Of a DNA stretch of 64,000 nt, positions 39,334-50,449 are shown one piece after another. Under the pieces are notes generated by a model. That model ran no database searches. It was not told the origin of the DNA and saw only the letters and a list, made by a program, of their open reading frames with translations. Each line of letters opens with the position of its first letter. The first letter of the stretch is position 1. The stretch spans positions 66,216,001-66,280,000 of the forward strand of contig OX597816.1 in the NCBI GenBank assembly GCA_951406725.2, given 5' to 3'. Source of the DNA: Octopus vulgaris (Eukaryota). A program made the position numbers and the translations under genes.

Positions 39334-40703
39334 ATTATGTATATTTGTAATGGCTTTTATGTAAGTAAGTCTCCTAATTATATACCCCTAGAAACTATAA
39401 AATCATATATGTGACATTGCTACTTATAAAATCTCTTCAGTCTGAATACCTCTAACTCTTTTCTGGTTACCTTTGTCTCTACCTCAATTTTAATACACTG
39501 TCTCTTTAAATGTAGGTTATATATATTTCTTATTATTTTCTATAAATTCTTATTATTTTATTTTTTTACTTTGATATCCTTACCTACTAATCTCATATCC
39601 CCTATAAGTTGTTACTGTTCTTAAATAGAGATTTTTCTGCTACTTAGGTCTATATGAGATGGTTATACAATATCCATATAAACATATAAATATTTGTATA
39701 TGTGTATATATGCATATATGTGCATAACCTATTACCTCTTATCCCTTATAAATTGTTATCTTTCCTGTTCATAAATAGATACTTTTTAGTTACTTAAGTT
39801 TATGCGAGATGGTTATACTATATCCATATCAACATATAAATATTTGTGTATGTGTGCATGTCTGCACATAGATAAATATATTTATGTATCTGTATACATC
39901 TTTATTTTTTCTGATTCTTGGCTTATAATTATATAGACAGCATGTTTCTCTTTCCAGTATTCCATAAGTAAACGCCCTAAGCAGCTTTTATAGAAACCAC
40001 CTAATCAGTAATTAAGTGCATGAATGAATATTAAACTGATTCTATGTAATCTTTCCTTTTTAATGTTGATAATTGACATACATACACATTTACCTATTTT
40101 GGTTATGATATCATTTTTGATAATCTTAAATTTTATTTTTATACAACATAACAACATTATTTATAAACAATCACCTCTGTATTAACTTCATAGGTTTTAT
40201 TAGCATCTTGCTAATTTAACTGGTAATTAACATCATGATTTAGAGTCTTCCCTTACCCAGCTTCCTTTCATAGACAGTTACTCTATATCTAATTAACTAC
40301 TCCTAATGTCTTTATTTATTTATGACCATACCTAGCCACGAGCTGTCAACTCACTCTTGCCTTGCATTCTAAACACATGCCTCTAGTCTTAGATTTAGTT
40401 GTTGATAAAAAGACAAATAAATTAGAAATGAATCACAATCCTTTACAAGCTATGACCCCAATGGAAGTGTAGTCTATTCTTAGCTACAATAGCAACAACA
40501 TGGATTTCTTCCATCTTCTCACTCTGTTAAAGTATTTGAGAAAAATTACATTAATGCGTCCAACTCATTAAAGTTCTATTCATTTGTGCAGCTGATGATA
40601 GCCCTTCATTTAAATTGATTTAATGACTGAATTGTTCAATTAAATGGAGCTGCTTGAAACAGTCGTACTGCATCATTTCTTGATATCCTGTTGCTTATTT
40701 TGA
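39334..40703 (+). mobile_element. AT-rich dispersed repeat of about 1.35 kb, probably PLE-derived, copy 1
   Basis: Colinear with 42379-43700. Degenerate TSYDP..KCSLFLA segment and a hammerhead-like motif near the 3' end. Confidence 0.7.
40587..40672 (+). ncRNA. Type I hammerhead-like motif with long stem II
   Basis: UGCAG-CUGAUGA-[...UUCAUUUAAAUUGA...UCAAUUAAAUGGA...]-GAAAC aguc GUA-CUGCA. Confidence 0.65.
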
Positions 40704-40807
40704 TTTTATTCATCTTACTTCAAGCTGTGCAGATAATACCGGACTGACTTGGTGCTTAAGTACCTAATTCTTAAGTACCTAATTCAACTGAATCTCAATT
40801 ATTTATA

Positions 40808-40852
<45 letters not shown>

Positions 40853-40916
40853 ATAGTAAATGAAGTATAAGGATTTCTGTCCTCACCACTTTTATACATA
40901 CATACATACACACATA

Positions 40917-40992
<76 letters not shown>

Positions 40993-41118
40993 TACTTGGA
41001 GAAATAAGAAAGTGACGCGAGGCGTTCAATCATATAATAACAATTTAACAAATAAAACATATGCATACATACACATATGTATGTATGTATGCATATGTTT
41101 TATTTGTTAAATTGTTAT

Positions 41119-41163
<45 letters not shown>

Positions 41164-41294
41164 TTATGTTTATATATATATATATATATTTATGTATGTA
41201 TATATATGTGTGTGTGTGTGTATATATATATATAACAGGAAGCTTTACGAAAATAAATATGTTATTACATATATATATATTTATATATATTTAT

Positions 41295-41335
<41 letters not shown>

Positions 41336-41371
41336 GTATGTATATATATGTGTGTGTGTGTGTATATATAT

Positions 41372-41583
41372 ATAACAGGAAGCTTTACGAAAATAAACAA
41401 AAGACGAAGGCAGGTGGAGTACAAACAAACAATTGTATTAGTATGGTGCTCAGGAATAGAAGTAAAACAAGTCTTTTACGTTTCGAGCCTACGCTCTTCA
41501 ACAGAAAGATACACAGAAAAGAAACACGGAGAGAAACAAGGAGAGAAAAAAAATGCGTGCAGGAGCTAACGAATCAACATGGC
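41372..41583 (-). mobile_element. Element of about 200 bp carrying a hammerhead-like motif (41472-41509)
   Basis: Near-identical to the reverse complement of 58398-58598 and adjacent to a (TA)n tract. Confidence 0.8.
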
Positions 41584-42378
41584 AAAAGACACTGCTAGAA
41601 TAAGTACTAGGCTTAAAAAGAATAAATCTTGTGGTTGATTTTTTTAACCAAAGGTGATGTTCCAGTTTGGCCGCAGTCACATGACTGAAACAAGTAAAAC
41701 AATATAAAAACTATGCCATTTTAATCCCGTTCAAGGCCAGGTATCTCTGCAAATACACACACACACACACTCACTCACTCACAGACACACACACACACAC
41801 ACACATACACACACACACACACACGCACATCTATATATATTTATGTATCTGAAAAGTTCCTTTTTTCATGGTATTGCGAAAGGCCTTGTTCAAGGCCCAA
41901 CCTTCCAAGTTCTTTTACAGAGCTTAGGAAAAAGGGTAACGAAGGGAACAGGCAGGTTGCTCCACCCTATAAGGATAAGAAAAATACTGGTAATAGAAAC
42001 ATACCTAATAATCAGTTCATGATTTTGGGAGGCATTGAGAAAGCAGGAAGATTCTGCCCTTACATATACTGTAAGTCTGATAATAAGGATTTCATCTGGT
42101 ATAACGTTCCCTTCAACTGTTCCATATCCACAAACATATATGGAAAATTTATGACAATTATGTTATTCAGAAGATAGCGTGGATGTGAAGCAGCTGTGAC
42201 AGCAAGAGCAGAATGGAGCTGGAGGGCTGGTGAAATCAGTGGAAACGGTGAGAGGGTTTTGTTATTTGATTTATGACAATTATAGAAAAAAAACTTCCCT
42301 GCCTAGTTAGTCTGACTTCATTGTGTTTTTGGTGATTACTATTTATTCATTTCTATGATGTTCTACTCTACTAATTAT

Positions 42379-43697
42379 ATTACGTATTTTGTAATGGCTT
42401 TTATGAAAGTAAGCCCCCTAATCATATACCCTTGTGAAACTATAAAATCATGTAAGTAATAACAAAGGTTACTTTATAACTTATAAAATACCCCTTTGAT
42501 CTGAATACTTCCTTCTGCCCTCACTACTACCATACCAATTGCTTCTTCTGTGGGATTATCTTTATCTCTTCCCTACATCAAATTTTAATACTCTGTCTCT
42601 TTAAAATGTAAGTTATACATATTTTTTTACTATTCTCTATAATTTCTTATTATTTTGTTTTCTTATTTGATATCTTTATCTATTAACCTCTTATCCCCTA
42701 TGAGTTGTTAATATTCTTAAATAAAGTTATAAAATTTCTGGTTTCTTAAGTCTATGAGATTTGATTATAACACACCCATAATAAAGTACATTTATTTGTG
42801 TATTTTTGCAGGTGAGCACATGGTTAAATATGTATATGAATCTATGCACAACGTTTTTTTTTCTTCTGATTCTTAACTTATAATTAATATATAGATAGCA
42901 TGATTTATCACCCCAGTAAATACCCAGAGCAGTCTTTATGGAAACCACCTAATAAGTAAATAATTAAGTACATGAATGAATATTAAACTAATTCTATGTA
43001 ATCTTCCCTTTCTAAAGTTGAAAATTGGTATATATATATATACACATTTTATCTATTCTGGTTATATCATCATTTTTAATAATCTAAAATTTTATCTTTA
43101 TACAACATAACAATATTGTTTATATACAATCACACATAGTACCCGTGATAATTACCACTGTTTTAACATCATAGGTTTTATTAGCGTTTGCCCCTTTAAC
43201 TGTTAATTATCATTTTGATTTGGAGTCTTCACCTACCCAGCCTCTTTTATAGACAGTTACTTTATACTAAGCCTAAAATCCTGACAATATTTATGACCAT
43301 ATCCTAGCCATGTGCTGTCAACTCACTCCTGCCCTCCATTCTAAACAGACACAGTCCTCTAGTCCTAGATTTGGTAGTTGATAATAAGACTAAAATAAAT
43401 TAAAAATGAACAATCCTTTACAAGCTATGACCCTTACAAATTTCATACAGTTCTTAGAAGTGTAGTATATTCTTAGCTACATTAGTGGTAACATGGACTT
43501 TCCCTATTCTTGTTCTATTAGAGCATTTGAGTAAAACTATTTTAATGTATCCAACTGATTAAAAATTTCTCTTTATTTATTTATGCAGCCGAGGATAGCC
43601 CTACATATAAATTGATGTAATGATTGCATTGTTCAATTAAATGGAGTCGCTTGAAATGGTCATACTACATCACCTCTTTATATCCTGTTACTTATTT

Positions 43698-43700
<3 letters not shown>
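42379..43700 (+). mobile_element. Dispersed repeat of about 1.3 kb, copy 2 (hammerhead core decayed to CCGAGGA)
   Basis: Colinear with 39334-40703. Confidence 0.7.
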
Positions 43701-43736
<36 letters not shown>

Positions 43737-43877
43737 CATGTGAAAAAACATTTGAGCGAGGTCGTTGCCAGTGCTGCTGGACTGGCTCCGGTGCAGGTCA
43801 AATCGTCCAACCTATGCTGGTATGAAAAGTGGACGTTAAACGATGATGATGATGATATATATATATATATATATATA

Positions 43878-44022
43878 TTTTCTCTCCTTGTTTTTTCTGT
43901 GTCCCTTTCTGTAGAAGAGCATAAGCTCAAAACATAAAAGACATTTTCTATTCCTGAGCGTTATACTAATACATCTGCTTGTACACAACCTGTCTTTGTC
44001 TTTTGTTTTTTTCATAAACTCT

Positions 44023-44027
<5 letters not shown>
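43878..44027 (+). mobile_element. Decayed copy of the 200-bp hammerhead-like element
   Basis: CTTT-CTGTAGA-AGAGCATAAGCTC-AAAA-CATA-AAAG, flanked by (TA)n. Confidence 0.7.
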
Positions 44028-44061
<34 letters not shown>

Positions 44062-44095
44062 TATGATAATATAAATATATGCATATATACATACA

Positions 44096-44582
44096 TCTCT
44101 TATTATAAAAGGCAGATTTTATCTGCCTCCCTTTGGGAGTTATACAAATCTACAATATAGGATTTCTTCAATTACAATTTACCTAGCATTTTTGAGAGTA
44201 CAATGCATCGCGTCATGCCAGGTCCAGTTTTTAAAATTTAAACTCCAATTAAGCAAAATTTACAGAAAACTCACATTCTGGTGTGTGTGTCAAATGCTTT
44301 TCTTAGTCTGGTTTACACCACACGCAAACGCACACACACAGTGGGCAACGAATAAAATGAAAGTAAATAGCGACAGAGTGATTTGAGGAAGGCTAAACTG
44401 AAAGTATTCTGTCTATGACGCTGATAGATACATGAGTAAAATGTATGGGAAGCTAAGAGCTAAGAGTGAGTGAAAATGTTCTTGGAAGAGAGTAAATAGC
44501 GAGAGAGAGAGTGATTTGAGGAAGACTTTACATTAAATTACCATAGTGGCTTGTGTTAGTAATAAAGTAAACATACACTCAT

Positions 44583-44617
<35 letters not shown>

Positions 44618-44800
44618 TACACACACACATACATACACACACACATACATACATACTCACACTGAAAACGCACAATTAACTTTCGATATAATTAGAATAA
44701 ATTAACCATACCAGAAGAATGAAAAACAAGAACAAGAATACAAAACACACACACACACACTAATTCTGAAACACACGAATAATTCTTTTTAAAATATTTT
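44096..44800 (+). mobile_element. Possible Helitron-type element, 5' part
   Basis: A|TCTCTTATTATAAAAG start, small hairpin AGGCAGA-TTTTA-TCTGCCT, internal microsatellites. No 3' CTAG terminus found, so the end is approximate. Confidence 0.4.
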
Positions 44801-44942
44801 CCACTATTTTACTCGGAGGAATCTTGGAATTCCTTCAAGAGAATGAAGTCAAAAATACATACACACACACATACATACACACACACATACATACATACAC
44901 ACATACATACATACATACATATACATACATACATACATACAT

Positions 44943-44973
<31 letters not shown>

Positions 44974-45139
44974 GTATTGAAGCTTGAGAACAATCAGATA
45001 CATTTGCAACACATCTGTTGAAAATATTATTGTTCACACACATACATATACATATATACATACAGACAGACAGACAGATAGACACACACACACATACACA
45101 TGATCCAGCATGGCCACAACCTCAAGGCTGAAACATATA

Positions 45140-45520
45140 AAAGAATAACAGAATATAAATGTGTGCAAAGTACAAGAAATATTAATGCAGTATATGGGGA
45201 TTGGACAATAAGCGTAAGGCAGTGTCAATGGTGGTTCCAGAAATCCCGAGCTATAAACTACAGCCTAGAAGACGAGCCTCATCCTGAAAGATCTGTAGAA
45301 CTCGACAAGGACATCCTGAAAACCCTGGTGGAACAAAATCTCATCGTAACTGTTGAGGAACTAGCAGAGAAGCTTGGATTTGATCATTCAACCATTCATT
45401 GAGACCTGTGTGCTATCGGAAAAGTCAGCAAATTGGGTCAATGGGTTCCTCACGAACTTTCCAAGTCTAATTGCATGCAGAGAGTGAATGTATGCTTTTC
45501 TTTGCTGTCACATCTCACCA
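45140..45520 (+). mobile_element. Mariner N-terminal remnant
   Basis: RNINAVYG...SVRQCQWWFQK...SLEDEPH...TVEELAEKL, followed by WVPHEL. Confidence 0.9.
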
Positions 45521-45537
45521 CTACTGCGCTATGTATA

Positions 45538-46176
45538 TCTATATATATAAAACTGTAGTTGTGTGAGTGTCTGTCCCCTTCGATTTAGATTCCTAACTAC
45601 TCCCACATTTTGCGGTGCAGTTTAACCAAATTCGGGTAGCTTATAGTCGTGATTCATATCGAGCCCGTCTGAATATTAGCGCGCATCTACGATGAGTCTA
45701 CGATTTTAAAAATAATTTAACATCATTTTTTATTCCATTTTAATGCATAATTTTTCGTGTGTCGATGGCGGCGGAGTTGGCGTCCACGCTCACACCTGCA
45801 CCTGTGGGGAAGGGAGTGTAAGGAAATCAACGTCGTAATGCGTTGTCAAGGAGACCAGTGTTCTTTTAGAACAACGACTTCATGGCTTGAAGACACCAAA
45901 ACAGAAATGGCTAAGAAAGCGTCTACATGAGTCTACGATTTAAAAAAAAAATTACCATCGTTTTTTTTTCCATTTTAATGCATTTTTTCGCTATTATATA
46001 AGGGAAGTAACTCTCTAAAAATGTCTACGATGAGTCAACGATTTAAAAAAAAATTTACCATCATATTTTTTCCATTTTTAATGCATTTTTTGCTATTTTT
46101 TGGCTTATAACTCTCTAAAAATGCTTATATAGTTATTTCCCTTACAAACCCGAGCAACGCCGGGCGATACTGCTAG
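45538..46176 (+). mobile_element. Complete non-autonomous Helitron
   Basis: 5' TC start, 3' hairpin CCCGAGCAACGCCGGG about 12 nt before a terminal CTAG, inserted between A and T with no TSD. Confidence 0.9.
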
Positions 46177-46253
46177 TGTATGTATATATGCATATATTTA
46201 TATATTATTTATATTATTATATGATCGAACGCCATGCATCCTTTTCCAAGTAA

Positions 46254-46312
<59 letters not shown>

Positions 46313-46589
46313 TACATACATACATACACATATACATACATATATGCAAAAATGATAAATATCTATATATAAATGTATGATTTTTACGTTAATGTAGCTG
46401 CAAAATGTATCCTTTATTTAAAGCAATAACCTGCAAACAAATCAGGACGGGCTTCCCCAGTACCGGAGGCAAGATCAATAAGCCTCGCATGCTAGATAAA
46501 AGAGTTGTTTCCCTTGAATTGCCTTTGGAAAAAAAAATGGATCTAACGCTAAGTTTGTGGTCAATGTTGTCATTGCTGCTGTTGATTTT

Positions 46590-46956
46590 GAGCGAACGGT
46601 CTTCGTCCTAGAGCTCGCAAGATGGGAGAAGTCAGAAACGTGGTCCTTTGCTATTCGTAAGACCTGCAGAAGAGAAAGCAGGTCGACCCCCGACACCGAG
46701 AGTATCGACGGATGGATGGATGCGCATCCAGGCTCAGCGGTTGCGCAGGAAGTCGGGGACAAGAAACAGGAAGAAAGAGTGAGAGAAAGTTGGGGCGAAA
46801 GAGTACAACAGGGGTCGCCACCACCCCCTGCCGGAACCTCGAGGAGCTTTAGGTGTTTTCGTTCAATAAACACACACAACGCCCGGTCTGGGAATCGAAA
46901 CCGTGACTCTCCGACCGCGAGTCCGCTGCCTAACCACTGGGCCATTGCGCCTCCAC
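46590..46956 (-). mobile_element. SINE family E, copy 3 (CpG-rich, youngest-looking)
   Basis: Homology to copies 1 and 2, with CpGs intact. Confidence 0.85.
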
Positions 46957-48600
46957 TTAATGTTGCTGTATTTGTCGTCGTCGCAGTAGTTTCTGTTTAA
47001 ACTCCGTTCCAATGTACTATACGAGAGCTCTGGTCTAAGTAAATCAGTCCCTAATCTTTTTTTTAAACACGCCATTTATCATTTTATTTGAATTTAGCTT
47101 TAGCTTCAAATTCTTTTTCGGATTTCTTTTACTCAAACTTTTTCCAGTTTGTAAATATTTCTTCTGATATGATCACGTTAGAATAATATTCACATATCTA
47201 GGGTAGTACAGCTGCTACACACACACACGCGCACACACATACACATTCCAAAAGAAGGCTATTTGACAGACAGGGACACAGGCATGGTTGTGTGGTAAGA
47301 AGCTTGCTTCTCGACCACATGGTTCTAGGTTCAGTCCCACTGCATGGCACCTTGGCCACGTGTGTTCTACGATAGCCTCAGGCTGACCAAAGCCCTGTGA
47401 GTGGATTTGGTTGACGGAAACTGAAAGAAGCCTAGCACATATCTTATATATAAATACCAATGTCTGTCTGTTACCATCTTGCTGCCCAAACCAGGGAACA
47501 AATCTTCACCAAACTTTGTATACATGTTGAACTAACATCCAGTTCAATTATAGGCTAATTGGATTGCAATGAAAATTGATATTGGACTGACTATTGGGGT
47601 TGGGCTATTACATGATAAAATAAGAGTGGTGTGCGTGTTAGGTTGAGGGAAATGTGGCATAATGAGGGTGGTTGATATCAGGGGAGGGGGGAAGACAGGA
47701 AGAGATAGACACACAGGGAATGTAAGAGACAAACAGGGACACTTCCATATATGTAAAAGAGAGTTTGTGTATGTGTGTGCATGCACATGTATCTTTCTTA
47801 TGCATTTGAAAACTGAGCTGCCTACGACGATAATGACGATGACATCACATTTTCTATATGAGTGTGTACCTTAAGAGACATCCATTTCTCTATTTTATGT
47901 ATGTTTATATGAAAGATGTGTGTGTGTGAGACAGAGAGAGAGACCGAGTGAGTGCCACTTACATATACATGACAACACACACCTTCACTCACTCACTCAA
48001 CTCACACACAATCATATGATCAAGTTGACAACTTTCCTGCTTCAAACAAAAGAATGCCGTAAAATAACTTTTGTTATGTAGATTTTCCTCACAACTACTT
48101 GCATCAAACCTTTTGCAAACTGAATGGAGATAAACGTTGCAAGCTTTGTCTGACTGACAGGAGAATCATTCTACATAATTCACACAATTCAGCTGCTTTC
48201 CTGAACTCAAAGGGTGAAATATTTCATTGTTTCTTCTTGAAAGTAAATTTGTTTTGACATATGGTTATACTCTTTTTCAGATTATTGGATGACAAACAAG
48301 TACACATGCACAGCGGTCACCCTTTGGCTGCAGCTGATGTCTTTCCATGAGAGGTAACTCTTCTTTCCCCACCAGAAAATGATATATAAATTTTCACGGT
48401 GTTTTCATTCCAGTTTTTTTTTAAATCTCACCAAGTGAACCAGAACTATATATTTACCTCCAGTATACAAGAACCTATGCTCTCCCAGCCAGCAAATCTG
48501 AAGAGTCATTATCGTAAAGTGCAATAGTTGGTATGAAACTGATGATAACATTTTGACCAGTTGTATGCTATAAGCAGGAATATACTCAAGAATATAATAC

Positions 48601-49195
48601 TGAGTCATCCCATAAATAATGCAGTATTTAATACTTTCTTTTATTTTTCAAAATTAAGCTAAGTTCTTTTTTAATTTAAAATATACTCTTTCATTTTCTA
48701 CAGTGCTCTTCCACCTATCTGGTAGACTCCAAAATTCACTTGTCCGTGATGAAAAATACTCCTCCAATACTGTTCTCACCTTGTCTGCAGAATTCCTTTT
48801 TTTCCCATCCAAATGATTTTGAAGACTGCAGAATAAATGATAATCAGATGGGACAATGTTTGGCAAATATGGTGGGTGGGGCATCATTTCCCATTCAAAC
48901 TGTTCCAGCCTTTGAAATGTCATCCTCACCATATATGACCTAGCTTTATCCTGATGGAAACACCTTTTGTCTTGAAACCAAAGATGGTCATTTTTCTTCT
49001 AGCGCTGACTTAAGCTTCTCACAGTAGATCTCCTTTGTTATCAAAGTGGACTAAACTTTTCATATCCTACCAAACAGATAACACCTTACGTGGGTGAAGT
49101 CCTTCTTTCACCTGGGGTGCCATTGTTTCTCCTTTCCCTACCCAGTCTTTGGTGCTTGATGTTTTTATAGAGAACCCATTTCTCATCACCAGGGA
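48601..49195 (-). mobile_element. Mariner C-terminal remnant with one TIR
   Basis: WEMMPHPPYLPNIVPSDYHLF motif. Same family as 56626-57818. Confidence 0.9.
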
Positions 49196-49823
49196 ATATA
49201 ATTCCAAACTTACAGGGAAAAATTCAATTTAGAAATACTAAATCAAATTTCACAAAATATGATATATATATATATATATAAATTATATATGTGTGTGAGT
49301 GAGTGAGTGGGTGTGTGCTTGTCTCCCACCACTGCTTGGTAACTGGTGGTGGTGTGTTTACATCCCTGTAACTTAGCAGCGGTTCAGCAAAAGAGACTGA
49401 ATCAACGCCAGGCTTCCAAAAAGGAAAAAAGTCCTGATTTGTTCAACTAAAACCCGTCAAGGTGGTGCCCCAGAATGGCGTCAGTGAAATGACTGAAAGA
49501 AGTAAAAGATAAAAGATAGAAATATGATCCACACATGTGAAAGTGTAGAATATGTATGTTTATTTTAATTATTCTTTAGAACAATAGATCTTAAAGTGCA
49601 TAAAGATTGTAAACATTGGGTTTCAAAAATTCTGTTGGAGAGAAAAAGTCAAATGTATTAAACTTTATATATTTTCTATATTTCAAATACAACCATCCCT
49701 ATTACTACCCTTCTAATTTCACTAATTGCCCTTTTTTACTAAAAAAAACCCCACTTTCTATTATATTTCGTTTTTGGATTTGGTTTGCAAGATTCTTTAT
49801 GTGAGTTCGTGTGTTGAAGCATA

Positions 49824-50012
49824 TTCTGTTGTGTCTGGGGAGAGTCATTCACTTTTGGTGCCTTATAATTTAACACACGGCTATTTAAAAGGTTGCAAGA
49901 TGCAACAAAAATTTTATGAAAATAAAAATAAGAAATAAGTGGAAATTTTACCAGTGAGTGTGTTGAATTATAAGGCACAAAAAGAAAATGACTCTCCCCA
50001 GACACAACAGAA
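49824..50012. mobile_element. MITE-like fold-back with inverted repeats of about 55 bp
   Basis: TTCTGTTGTGTCTGGGGAGAGTCATT...TTATAATTTAACACAC and its reverse complement. Confidence 0.8.
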
Positions 50013-50449
50013 CTAACTATTATGCTTAATATGTAAAGAGGGGTCTCATAAGGATCAGATGTCCATATTCAATCCATTCTGCTCTTTTTTACTCATTCTC
50101 GCTCTCTCATCCATTCCTCTCCTCTAACATCCATGACCCGCTCTTACTCTTCCTATTTAAAAAGATAAAGATTCTTCCAGAGTTATATACTCATACGGTC
50201 GCTTTCCCAGTTTCTGTGGTGTATATATTTCCCCTTAGATGGGACACAGGTCCATTGTAGGATTCATTTTTGCCAGCTGAATATTCGGTGGAAAAACATG
50301 GAATAAAGCATTTTGCCCAGTCCATGAACTGAAATCTTAATCTTACAATTATGAGTCCAATACCCTAACCACAAAGTCACTTTCAATTACCTGTTATTAA
50401 CTTACATCCATCTCTTTCTCTCTTTCCAGTCGTAACCATCCAGTTTTTT

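Noticed and set aside
41061-41598. Long YI/CV-rich ORFs (also 889-1090, 16371-16899, 44809-45228)
   Set aside because: Dinucleotide microsatellite translations.
46475-47000. 147-156 aa ORFs on both strands
   Set aside because: They lie within SINE family E, and the frames are broken in the other two copies.
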